A stretch of DNA of 64,000 nucleotides from assembly GCA_025558095.1 (NCBI GenBank), contig JAIVFI010000009.1, positions 186,001 through 250,000 on the forward strand. The letters are read 5' to 3'. This document shows, in pieces, positions 33,359-43,485 of this stretch (positions within the stretch are counted from its first letter, which is position 1; each line of letters begins with the position of its first letter). The notes under the pieces are model-generated. The model was not told the DNA's origin. It did not search any database and worked only from the letters and a program-made list of their open reading frames with translations. A program made the translations under genes and the position numbers. Origin of the DNA: Hyaloraphidium curvatum SAG 235-1 (Eukaryota; Fungi; Monoblepharomycota).

Positions 33359-35149
33359 TTAGCAGTTTGCGGCGCGCCCGAACGAGAACGCCGCGGTCCT
33401 CCTGTCAGAGCAGCCGAAAAGGCGCAGCTGCGATTTGTTCTAATTCGATGGGACATGAGGTGAGCAATGAAGTTCAAGCCGCAATGTCCACACCCACGTC
33501 GAGGCCAATGCACTGTCCGTTAGCAGCGCGAAGGCGGTAGCTGGATCCAATGCCGACGACGGTGAACTGCTGGAAGTTGGCGTTGGTGATCCTGCGAAGC
33601 GATCCGGAGTCAGATCGAGAATGCTCTGTGCGTGGCAAAGTTCAGTCCATTACCAGTTTGCCGTGAGCGACGACTTGGACTGCGCCAGGCAGTTTGACGC
33701 ATAGATGTAGGGGATTGCTGGCGATTGTGTTGGCCCCATGAGGAGGCGTCCTGATATTCTCAACAGCCGCGGTCCTGTGCACAACTCACCGTTCTTGGCC
33801 ACATCGACGGACATGCAAAGCTGCCGCTGGCCGTTCTTGGCGCAGCTCCGAAGCGCGACCGTGCTTCCAGCGGTCACCGGCACCTTGACGCCGTTCCTGA
33901 CGGCGTTCCACGTGGTGCCCCCCGAGGCGACGAGTCCACAGGCGGTGTCCCCGGATGTGCAACGAACTTGAACTGGACGCGGCTGGTTGGTGCGGGCCCT
34001 GTTGGTGACGGAGAGGACGAAGGAGCCGGGAGCAATCGGCCTGCGGAATAGTGGCACGGAGTCAGCGGCTGAACGGCGTGAAGCGCAAGCACATGCACAG
34101 CCAAACCTTGCTGTGGTCTTGATCGGCCTCTTGGTAGTGGTTCGGACGATCCGCTGGGTCGTCTTCACGGGGGGGGGGGTGGTAGTGGAAGGCTTCGCCG
34201 GCGGCGGGTTGCTGTCAATGATCCCCCGGATCCACGAGGTGAAGTAGCTGACGCGGGCCGTGCCGAACCAGTTGATTGGATTGCCGCAGGGCGGATTGCC
34301 TTGTACGAAGCTGTTTGCCCCCACGAGCACGGGAGATCCGCCGACTTCGATGACGAGCGGCCCGCCCGAGTCCCCGTCGCAGAGGTCCCTCCCCGGGCCG
34401 GCATTGGAACACAGAACATACGCTGCCTGGTTTTCGCAATCCGCGTTGGCCATGGTGTTGGATGTCATTTGCTGAAGAATCTGTGCCCTGAGACGACAAT
34501 ATAAGACATGCGAGGATGGGGTGGGCAAATACACTTGCTTCCGGGTAAGGACCCTCCCTGTAAACTTGCGTGCTACCCCAGCCCATGGAAAACGCCAGGG
34601 TCCCGGGCGCCGGGATGTTGGCATCAGTGTTGATGGCAGCATAGACTGCCGGCTTGCCCCCGGAGTAGCTCGGAGGATCCAGGACCAAGACCGCGAGATC
34701 GTACGCGAGCGTGTTGTTGTCGTACTGGGGATGCACGTTGACGGATTTGACGGGGTAGTCTGTGCCGCCTTCCTCGCGCGTGCTCTTGGAATTGTTGAGG
34801 CGGTACGTGGACACCATTAGCCCGGCGGGGTCGTCCGCCGCCGCGCCATCGTGGACGCAGTGGGCGGCGGTGATGGCAACGTTCTCGAGGACCAGCACGG
34901 CTGCGGCGCAATCGTGGGGAGACCGATGGGAGACTTTCCGGTCCGCGACACACCTCCGCAACCGTTCCAGGCGCCGTTCCTCTGAAATATGCCCGAGAAC
35001 CAAGGGTAGGCATCCGTGGAAGTCACATTGGTGCCGCCCACAATGGAAGGGTTGTGCGGCCCTGCGTTTCCGACGCCGTCGGACGCGAGAGCGACGAGAG
35101 GAGCGAGCGCAAAGATGAGCGTCGCAACGACTGCCATCGAGCCACGCAT
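33359..35149 (-). CDS. Secreted trypsin-like serine protease (S1) + Thr/Pro linker + C-terminal beta-trefoil-like domain, 6 introns
   Basis: Signal peptide, IVGG, TAAHC, YDLAVL, GWG, DLCDGDSGGP; linker PSTTTPPPVKTT; C-terminal YRLRAANGQCIGLD. Confidence 0.9.
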
Positions 35150-35440
35150 CCCTCCGGTAAGCGAGCAACGCGCGTGTTAGGCGGCTCAGAGCAGCACACG
35201 AAGACTAAGACGCGAAGGCGCGATGGCGACGCGAGGGCACGTTGCGGGTGGCGTTGCGTCTGGCGCGAGTGTGTCAGTTCCTCCCCAGCCCCAGCCCGGC
35301 GCTGTCGGACTCCACCAGCCCCGATCAAACTGAGTGTAGGAAGCCTCTGGTTTCCCCCTTTGGCAACGAGAGGACAGAACCGTTGCATCAAGCAGATGCA
35401 GCATCCAATCGCATCCCATACACCTCCCTGCACCGGCGCT

Positions 35441-37021
35441 CTAACCGCGTTTGGCCACCTTTTCCGCGCCGGCGTCCCCCGCCCCGACCTCGCCCTCCCC
35501 TCTCCCATCCGCCTTCGACCCCACCGCAACCCCGCCGTAAACCTCCGCCACCCACAAGCTCCCCACCTCCCACTCCCCCGTCACGTTCCACTCCCACCCC
35601 TGCACCTCCCTCCTCCCCTTCCTCCCCGCCTTCTCCGCCAAGCCCCGGAACGCAAACACCGTCGCCCTGTGAGCGCGCAGGAACCCCTCGAGCAGCGCGC
35701 GGTGGTACCGCAGGTACGCGGGGGTGAGCTTCGAGTTCAGCACGACGGTGCCCCATTCCAGGTCCGGCGCGGAGGAGGCGATCACCACCGCGTCCTTGAG
35801 GTTCTGCAGCGCGAGGTTGACCCTCAGCTCGGTCCCCGGCCCCCCGGGCAGTTCGAGCACCGGCCGCACCTCCCGCTCCCAGATCTCCCGCTCCCCGTGC
35901 TCCTCCCCCCACGGCGCGCGGAGGAGGATCTCCGACTTGTTGGTCGGGTGCGGGAAGAAGACGAGGGGGTACTGCGCGGCGATGGCGGGGGGGCAGGAGG
36001 GGAAGAATGGGGAGTAGCGGGGGTAGCGCGTGGCGCAGGGGGGGTAGGTGACGTTGGAGGCGCGGCGGTGCAGGCGGTGCGCGGGGGTTTCGGTGGAGGG
36101 AGGGGCGCCGTCCGACGGCCCCGACCCGTTCGCGGCTTCGGAGGCGACCGGAGGCTCCGAAACGGCGGCGGGCGGTTTGTCCGATTGTACGTCGGCGGGT
36201 TTTGCGTCGGAGCCGGCGGCGGGTTTCGGCTCGTCGGAGCCGGAAGAGGAGGCCGGCTTCTGCTCATGCTCCGCACCAGCCTGATCCTTCCCGGCTTCAG
36301 GACCCTCCTTCGCCGCCCCGGATGACTCCTTCTCCGGCTCGCCAGACTCTCTCTCCTTTGGCTTCTTCGCCTTCTTGCCCTTTCCCGGCAAGTCTTTCAG
36401 GACCCACGGCGGCCCCAGCCCCTCCCCGAGGATGGCCACCTCCTCCACGGCCACGAACAGCTTCCTCTTCCCCCCCACGATCCCCCTCGCGATGCAGCTC
36501 GTCGCCCTCCCCCTCCACGCGCCGATCTCGAGCACGGGGCCGGAGGAATGTCGGGCGAGGTGCAGCAGCGCGGCGCACTCACGGGCCGTGAGCCAGCCGG
36601 GCGGGATCTTCTCCATGTCCACGGCGTCGTTGAACGCGTGCTCGGCGGGGGGTGCCTCGGCGGCGACCGCGCGCAGGGGGTAGTAGGCGGTCGTTTCGCG
36701 CAAATAATGGGGAAAGTCGGGGTGGAAGCCGTCCGCGTCCGCGGGCTCCTCTGGCGGCGGGGCCGGGCACGCGGGCGGCGGCGGGCACTTTGCCGGTGGG
36801 CAGTCGGGACAAATTGGGCAAGGTGGGATGGGCGGTGGCGGAGGAGGGGGTAGAGGAGGGGGCGGCGGTGCGGGAGCGGGCGGCGCGGGGAAGACCAGAC
36901 TCTCCTTCGGCGGGAACGCGAGGAGGTACAGCACGGCCAGGAACAGCGCCGCGGTGACCGGCGACACCGGGAACCGCCGCGCAGCGCCGCCGCCGTGGCG
37001 TACGCGGTCGTCGGAGACCAT
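35441..37021 (-). CDS. Type II membrane class I SAM-methyltransferase-like protein (Methyltransf_24-like)
   Basis: TM VTAALFLAVLYLLAF, Pro/Cys stem, IPPGWLTARECAALLHLA...VLEIGAWRGRAT SAM-binding motif. Confidence 0.7.
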   Translation of the reverse strand: MVSDDRVRHGGGAARRFPVSPVTAALFLAVLYLLAFPPKESLVFPAPPAPAPPPPPLPPPPPPPIPPCPICPDCPPAKCPPPPACPAPPPEEPADADGFHPDFPHYLRETTAYYPLRAVAAEAPPAEHAFNDAVDMEKIPPGWLTARECAALLHLARHSSGPVLEIGAWRGRATSCIARGIVGGKRKLFVAVEEVAILGEGLGPPWVLKDLPGKGKKAKKPKERESGEPEKESSGAAKEGPEAGKDQAGAEHEQKPASSSGSDEPKPAAGSDAKPADVQSDKPPAAVSEPPVASEAANGSGPSDGAPPSTETPAHRLHRRASNVTYPPCATRYPRYSPFFPSCPPAIAAQYPLVFFPHPTNKSEILLRAPWGEEHGEREIWEREVRPVLELPGGPGTELRVNLALQNLKDAVVIASSAPDLEWGTVVLNSKLTPAYLRYHRALLEGFLRAHRATVFAFRGLAEKAGRKGRREVQGWEWNVTGEWEVGSLWVAEVYGGVAVGSKADGRGEGEVGAGDAGAEKVAKRG

Positions 37022-37433
37022 TGCGGGGCAGGCAGAAAAGCGGTGATGCGGGTCCGCGGCGCCCCGCCCGCCACGGGTCCGCCGTCCCGCATCCGTCGTG
37101 GGCGCCAAATCTCCCGGAATTTCGGTGCATTCGGAGTGAATGGCATTCAAAATTGCTTTTCGAGACCTGAGGGCCGAGATCGCCTGGGATTCGCGGCGCG
37201 ATCGACTCGCTGGGGTGAATATGCTCTTGGGCAGCCTTTCATCCTTCACAAAGACGCCGGCGCTGGAGATCGCTAGCGGATCCATTGACGTTCTTCGTGG
37301 CGATTCCCGATCCTCAAACTCGAAAGTTTCTTTGGTTTCTGTACCTCGCCATTGCCGCAGCCGGCCGAGGGGCTAGGGTGGAAGCGAATGGCATGTTATT
37401 GAGCTAGCGTAGTTTCAGCACGGAGCCTCATCG

Positions 37434-38319
37434 CTACGGTCGTTTCATCCCCGCCAACAGATCCGCCAACGCACCCTTGAGGATCACGCCGTCCACCATC
37501 AGGTGCTTTGCCTTCACCCCGCATCGTTCCACGGCTTTGGCGGCTTTGTCGGCGTTACGCAGGCCGTCGAGGTCCAGGTATTCGACCGCGATGCTGCGGA
37601 GATTCGGGTGCAGATCTGCTTCTAGCCAAAACGACGGCATGTACTTGGCCTCCAGGCTCTGGATCGAAGGGCAATCGAGGACTGCGGACCATGCTTCCTC
37701 AAGCTCGTGCAAGATCTCGAGGCTCCCCTCGTACTCCTGGTACTCGTCTTCCACCACAACTTCGGCCGGCTCAAAGCCGGGAACCTGTGTGGCAAAGAAA
37801 GTGAACGTCGTCCAACCTCCGCTCGAAAAGCGCCTGATCAAAGGTGCGAAATCAGGGGGCAGGTTCTGCGTCAAATTGCGGCGCTGATCCTCTGATAGGG
37901 GGCCGAGTGGGTACTCTCCCGAAAAGAAGGAGAGATGGATCTTCCGGAAGGGGGGGGGGGGGCGGGGGGAGGGAAGGGAAAGGAGAGGGGAGGGGGGAGG
38001 AAGGGAGAAAGGGAAAGGGGAGGGAGGGGGAGGGGGGGTTCGGCCCCACGAGGATCTGCGCGTCCGAGCGGAGCAAGCTTGCCCTCTCTGCGAGTTGCGA
38101 AAGCAGTGAAAGCGCGTCGCTGGCGGCCGCGAGCTCGGAAATCGCGTGCCGCAGCTCGACTTCAGCATCGGGCCCGAGATGCTCGTCGCGGCGTGCCTCG
38201 GCCCGGGTGGCCTCCAGTTCGGCGGCGAGGGCCGAGAAAGACGCATCGAAATCCGAGAACAGGAGTTTGGCGCGGGCCGTCAGCGCTGCGAGCGGTTTGA
38301 GCGCGCTGGCGGGCGACAT
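37434..38319 (-). pseudogene. Coiled-coil + LRR-like family member interrupted by a low-complexity tract
   Basis: N-terminus LAALTARAKLLFSDFDASF similar to the 2308 and 40468 genes; C-terminus CPSIQSLEAKY...HPNLRSIAVEYLDL parallels FLEELEADY...RRLRRLRVGCFDL. Confidence 0.55.
37947..38040. repeat. Pure G/A low-complexity tract (similar tracts at 21820-21880 and 26787-26900)
   Basis: Almost only G and A on the + strand; interrupts a reading frame. Confidence 0.8.
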
Positions 38320-38471
38320 TCTGTGTGACGGAGTCGGGCTGAGTCCGAGGCCGTGCCCTGGGAGACGCAGAAACTTCGGTGATTCCAATACCACGCGCAA
38401 CCGACTGGGGCGTTCGGGAAGGAGAGAGAACTGCGGTCACGTAACGCGCGGCCGCATTGCGAAGCCGCAAT

Positions 38472-40003
38472 ATGGTCGTGGACGACGAGACGGAAGTCGC
38501 TGACGACCCTCTCGGGCCTGTGCCGAAGCACGGCGGCCTGTTCACCACAGACGAATGGGCCGTGATCCTCCCGTCGTTCTCGCCTGACGAGGTGGAGCAC
38601 CCCTTCACTCTCCCGCGCACGCCGCAAAAGCGGGATGAAGAGGACCTTCCGCCGCAGCGAGGAAAGCTGCCGGACCTTTCGGCCTTTCCACATCTCCAAC
38701 GCGCGGCTGCGTTCGACGCCAAAGTTCTCGGCTCGAGAACATTCCTTCGTTTCGCCGTCGTCCTCCAAGTCGTCGGCTATTGGGGATGTGTGACCCCGCT
38801 GCTTGCGACGGGATGGCTCTATGGACCTCCTCGGTACTCGTCGCGTGCCGTGGCCGCGGGATTTGCCGCACTTGCGTGGTCGAACGCGGTATCTCTGCTG
38901 CTTCTCATGGTTTCTATCCTCATTGCCCCCGGACAACCCGCGTTCTACGGCTGGGCGCTCGAGATGGCCTCGAGATGGAAGGCACTCGCCAGCCGCGACT
39001 CGTTGCTGCTCGAACACCAGGATGACGACACACGATGCCCGTGCGAGAAGTGCGCAGGCAAACTTCCGGAATTGGCAGGGCTGTTGCGGTTCCCTGTGGG
39101 CATTGTCGGTCTTTCTCTCATCATGTTGGCTGGATACGTTGCTCCCCTTTGGAGCCCTATCGTCGTGTTTGCAGACCAGGTGTGGACATCTCCCTGGGCG
39201 GTGCCTGCGACCATCGGCTTCCTTGTGCTTCTTGTGGGCCTTGCGCCGGGGAGTTTTGTGTTCAATCCTGGAAGCGCGGCGCTGGTCAACCTCTCCAATC
39301 GCGTTCAGGAGAGGGCGGTCCATATAGCCCTCCGAACCACCTTTGCTTCCTTGCGTACGCGACTGGATGGCTCTGCACCCGGGCACGACGACCCTGACAG
39401 TCTTCTTTCGAGAGACTTCCTGCTTGATCTCCACTCGACGCTCCACTCCCGCCTCGCAAAGCGTTGGTCCGTCGTTGCCCGGGATTTTGCCAGCTCCCGT
39501 GTCGCCTTTGTGCTCATGTTCCTTTCGTGGACCGTTGCCGCCATCATTCCCGCCACCATGTCGGGTTGCATTCCCGCCTGGGTGATCCTCAACATTGTTG
39601 CCCTTGCCCTCCATATCTTCGGGGACTTGGTTTTGCTCGCAACGTCCAACGAGGGGCCAGAACGGGCGGGGAAGCTCTACAAGCAAGCGCAGGAGCTGGC
39701 GCAGGAGATGGCAGGTGTTGCCAGGTGCCGCGGGCTGGACGTGGCGGGCGAACTGCGGGACTTTGCTGCGATCGCCGGGTTGTACACCGACGTGCAGGCC
39801 ACGAGGTGCGTACCAGGACACATGCTGTCAAGCGTGGTCGCTCACATTATTGTTGCAGGGCGAGACTCTGGGGCTTCCCGATCCATTGGGCCTTCTTGAG
39901 GACCCTGACCGCCACGTTGTTCACTCTAGGTGTCGGCATGTTCACGTTGATCCGTTCTGCTGGCGTGACGTTCACGATGGAGACCTATTGTCCTGTTACG
40001 TAG
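38472..40003 (+). CDS. Seven-transmembrane protein, putative GR/OR-like (7TMIC) receptor-channel; intron 39806-39858
   Basis: Seven hydrophobic segments with alternating short/long loops; CPCEKC in a long loop; C-terminus RARLWGFPIHWAFLRTLTATLFTLGVGMFTLI. Confidence 0.75.
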
Positions 40004-40468
40004 CTATTCGGTCTATGTAACACGAGGAAGAATCGCGGACTGGTAGACAAGATGGTCAACTTCTTCAGCGCCGGAAAAGCCATTTCCGGCCGCTCTTCCC
40101 CTGGACTCCGTTGTACGAAGCTAAACGCGACTTCGAGATCATCGAGATCATTGAGGAGGGGAAGCGTCAGGGCCGCAAATGCCTCATGATCACGCACGTC
40201 CGAGATGGTGCACCGCAGGCGCCGCAGCTGCTGTGCACCGGAAAGCAGTCCGGCACTGACTGCTTTGGCGAGAGAAAAGTCTTTCAGATCGAGCTCCCGG
40301 ACAAGCGAGATCGTCTTCTGCACTTCCAGGTGCTCCTGCAAAAGGTTCCGCGCCACCGCCTCGCCGCTCTTGCCCGATCTCAACGAGCTCCGCCGCCTTC
40401 GCGTTAAGAGACGCGTGCAGCTCGGCGGCCAGGAGCCGCGCCCGGGCCGCGAGTTCGGTGAGGGACAT
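39985..40468 (-). pseudogene. Internally deleted and frameshifted coiled-coil + LRR family member
   Basis: MSLTELAARARLLAAELHASL; other frame LRRLRCTISDVRDHEAFAALTLPLL matches LRSLDCVLQDVDDLAAFAFLSLPQL of 1080-2308. Confidence 0.6.
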
Positions 40469-40594
40469 CCCTCACTTCGGACTCGGTGGGGGCGCGGAGC
40501 GGCAAAATCTCGCGTGCGGACCCGATCTCTCCACCACGCAAACGCCGTCGCCATTTCCGCCCCGCGGTACCTCGTTCGCGCCGCTGGCCTGGCG

Positions 40595-41877
40595 ATGGCC
40601 GCCGCGGGCATCTCCGCCGCCGCATCGGCGGCCCCCGTGGCAGTGGACAGGCCCGCCGGGCCGAAGGCGCACCACCCGGCCCAGAAGGGCGGCAAGTTCG
40701 TGAATCCCTGGCAGAGCTACTCGGCACACGGCACGTCGGACTTTTTCAAGCTCTTTTTCGGTGGGCTCACCGCCGAGATGCGCTCTGTCGGCCCACCCTG
40801 ACTGCCCCTGTCGGCCCTCCCTCACTTCCCCTGTCGGCCCACGCTGACTTCCCCGGCAGGCTCCGAATGGGACCGAGAACGGAGCAAGCCTCCCCCGGAA
40901 AACCAGCGGGTTCCCGTCATCAAGCCCAATTTGGACCTCATCCGCCGCTTCCACTCCGACTCGAAGGGGGGAATCGCCGCCACTTGGCTCGGCCACGCTT
41001 GTTTCTTGCTCCAGCTCGGCGGCCTGAACGTGCTCGCGGACCCGTGCTGCTCGGAGCGGTGCTCGCCCTCGCAGTGGGCGGGCCCTAAGCGGATCCGGCC
41101 CCTTCCTTGCGGCCTGGAGGAGCTAGCCAACGTGGACGCGGTGGTGATCAGCCACAGCCACTACGACCACCTGGACGTCGGAACGATCGAGAAGATCGGC
41201 AAGGGCGCGACCTACTTCGTGCCGCTCGGGATTGGGGCGTGGTTCGCTTCCAATTTCCCGGGGTATCCGGTCCGCGAGATGGACTGGTGGGACTCGTCCT
41301 CCCTCGCGCATCCTTCGGACCCGAAGCGGGGCGTCGAGTTCACCTGCACGCCGTGCCAGCACTTTTCCGGGCGCACGTTGTGGGACCGCGACACGACGCT
41401 GTGGAGCTCGTGGTCGCTGAAGGCGCTCGATTCGGGGCGGAAGGTCTTTTTCGCCGGCGATACGGGCTATAGGTCGGTGCCCAAGGGGTTCACGGGCGAT
41501 GTGGGCAGCCTGCCCCACTGCCCGGCCTTCAAGGAAATCGGCGACCGCCTCGGGCCCTTTGACCTCGCCGCGATTCCGATCGGTGCCTACTCTCCGCGCT
41601 GGTTTATGAGCCCCGTTCATCTGGATCCCAGGGTAAGTCCTTCTTTGGACTCTCATCCATCTTTTGCCCATGTACTGATCGGGATTCGCAGGACGCTGTG
41701 GACGTTCACCGCGACGTGAGGTCGAAGAAGTCTGTCGGGATGCACTGGGGCACCTTCATTCTGACGGACGAGCCGGTGATGGAGCCGCCGATCCGGCTGG
41801 CGGAAGAGGCCGCCAAGGGCGGGCTGGGGAAGGACGAGTTTGTGGTGGTAGACATTGGCGCGACGCTGGTGGTTTAG
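40595..41877 (+). CDS. NAPEPLD: N-acyl-phosphatidylethanolamine phospholipase D (metallo-beta-lactamase fold), 2 introns
   Basis: FVNPW, TWLGHA, ISHSHYDHLD, CQHFSGR, FFAGDTGY, IPIGAYSPRWFM, GMHWGTF. Confidence 0.92.
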
Positions 41878-41946
41878 ATTCCTATCTCCCTTTCCTTACG
41901 ATACAGCCATAATCTGCTCCATTCGCGGGGTCGCCTTGTTAAACGC

Positions 41947-43137
41947 TCACCCGAGCTCCTTTTCCACCACTTTCTTGTAGTCGTACCCGTGCATCACGTC
42001 TACCGGCGGGCTCCCGAGCAGCCTGATCATCGCAGCCATCGCCGCATCCCTGACCGCGCACGCAATCGTGTTCGTCATCGAGTTCATTTCCCCCATCTGC
42101 CTCGCCGACTTGACGATCTGCGCCGTCCTGGACTTCCTCAGCCGCTCGTAAACGGCGAACGCGCGCGCCGGATCGTCGGGGATGCGCCTGAGCAGCTCCG
42201 AGAGCACCCCGGCGTCCTCCAGGCCCGTGTTGGCGCCCTGTCCCAGATGCGGGCTCATGGGATGCGCGGCGTCGCCGGCGAGGGTGACGCGGCCCTTGGT
42301 CCACTGCGGGATCGCGGGGCGGTCGTACACGGCCCAGACGATGACGCGGGAAGACCGGGCGACGGTGTCGACAAAGTCGGCGGGCATGCCGAGGCTCCGC
42401 AGCTGGTCGGCGTGGGTCGTGGCCGCAGCGGCGTCGGAGGTCCACGACTCCTGGGCCTTGGTGGCGTCGGGCTCGGCACGGTTGATGAACCAGACGACCT
42501 CGCCCTTGCCGATCCCGTACAGGCCGCCGAAAAGCCCGTTGCCCTGGTAGCCCCGCATGATGTGGCCGTCGTCGCGAGTCGAGATGCCGATGAGCGAGGA
42601 GACGCCGGTATAGGTGGCCGGCTCCTTGCCCCAGAGCAGGGCCCGCGTCTGGGAATGCAGGCCGTCGCAGCCGACCATGAGATCCGCCTCGGCCGTCGTG
42701 CCGTCCTCGAAGGTCGCGACAACGGGGCTGCTGCCGCCACCTTGCTGGATGTCCTTGAGCTTCTTGCCAGTGTGGACCGGCACGCCGTCACGCTCCGCGG
42801 CGCGGATAAAGAGCTCGTGCATGCGCGACCGGCGGATGCCGATCGGAATCATCCCGTAGGCTTTCTGCCAGGGTTCGGCGGTCCACGAGGTGATCCGCCG
42901 ACCGTCGATCTTCGAGATGACATAGTCGCTCGTCGGCGTGCCCGCAGCCGCGAGCTCGTCCAGCAGGCCGAGATCCCGCACGAGACGCAATCCGTTCGGG
43001 GCGAGATTGAGCCCGCCACCCACGTCAGCCCAGGAGGCCACGGCGTCGTGGAGCGCGGGCTTGTGCCCGGCGCGTTTAAGTGCCATGGCGAGCAGGGGGC
43101 CGATGGTGCCGGCACCGGAGATGAGGACGCGTGCCAT
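41947..43137 (-). CDS. FAD-dependent monooxygenase, close paralogue of 24682-25911, intronless
   Basis: VLISGAGTIG, WADVGGGLNLAPNGLRLVRDLGLL, GCDGLHS, GDAAHPMSPHLGQGAN. Confidence 0.95.
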   Translation of the reverse strand: MARVLISGAGTIGPLLAMALKRAGHKPALHDAVASWADVGGGLNLAPNGLRLVRDLGLLDELAAAGTPTSDYVISKIDGRRITSWTAEPWQKAYGMIPIGIRRSRMHELFIRAAERDGVPVHTGKKLKDIQQGGGSSPVVATFEDGTTAEADLMVGCDGLHSQTRALLWGKEPATYTGVSSLIGISTRDDGHIMRGYQGNGLFGGLYGIGKGEVVWFINRAEPDATKAQESWTSDAAAATTHADQLRSLGMPADFVDTVARSSRVIVWAVYDRPAIPQWTKGRVTLAGDAAHPMSPHLGQGANTGLEDAGVLSELLRRIPDDPARAFAVYERLRKSRTAQIVKSARQMGEMNSMTNTIACAVRDAAMAAMIRLLGSPPVDVMHGYDYKKVVEKELG

Positions 43138-43485
43138 CTTGGTGATCAGCCTTGCTGGACGGAGCAGCAGACCCGCCTTTAAATGCGCAAGGACCGGCCG
43201 CATCGGGAGCGGGCCAATCGGCCGCATCTCCCCGGCACGCGCCGATGCGGATGAATCCCGCGCGGCGCACGGCGGCCCGCTCTCATCGCAATTGGATTAG
43301 CTCGTCGGCAAGAGTTTCAATAGAAATTGGCGCGTTCCCTGCGATCTCGCTGTCACATGTTTGCGGGGGGACCGGCCGACGCGCGCGCATAAACACAGTC
43401 CGCCGATTCCGAGCTCCGAGAGGCTGTTCCAGCCTACGCGGACGTGCGGTACTTGCAGCGACGTGGCAGCTGCGCCCTTTCCGCG

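Noticed and set aside
38472-40003. Calling the 7TM protein a GPCR
   Set aside because: No signal peptide or recognisable GPCR class motifs; very short C-tail, and the loop pattern fits an inverted (N-in) topology better. Needs computational confirmation
22070-43137. Secondary-metabolite gene cluster (oxidoreductase, two monooxygenases, CoA-transferase, methyltransferase)
   Set aside because: No backbone enzyme (PKS, NRPS, terpene synthase), and the genes are separated by unrelated loci
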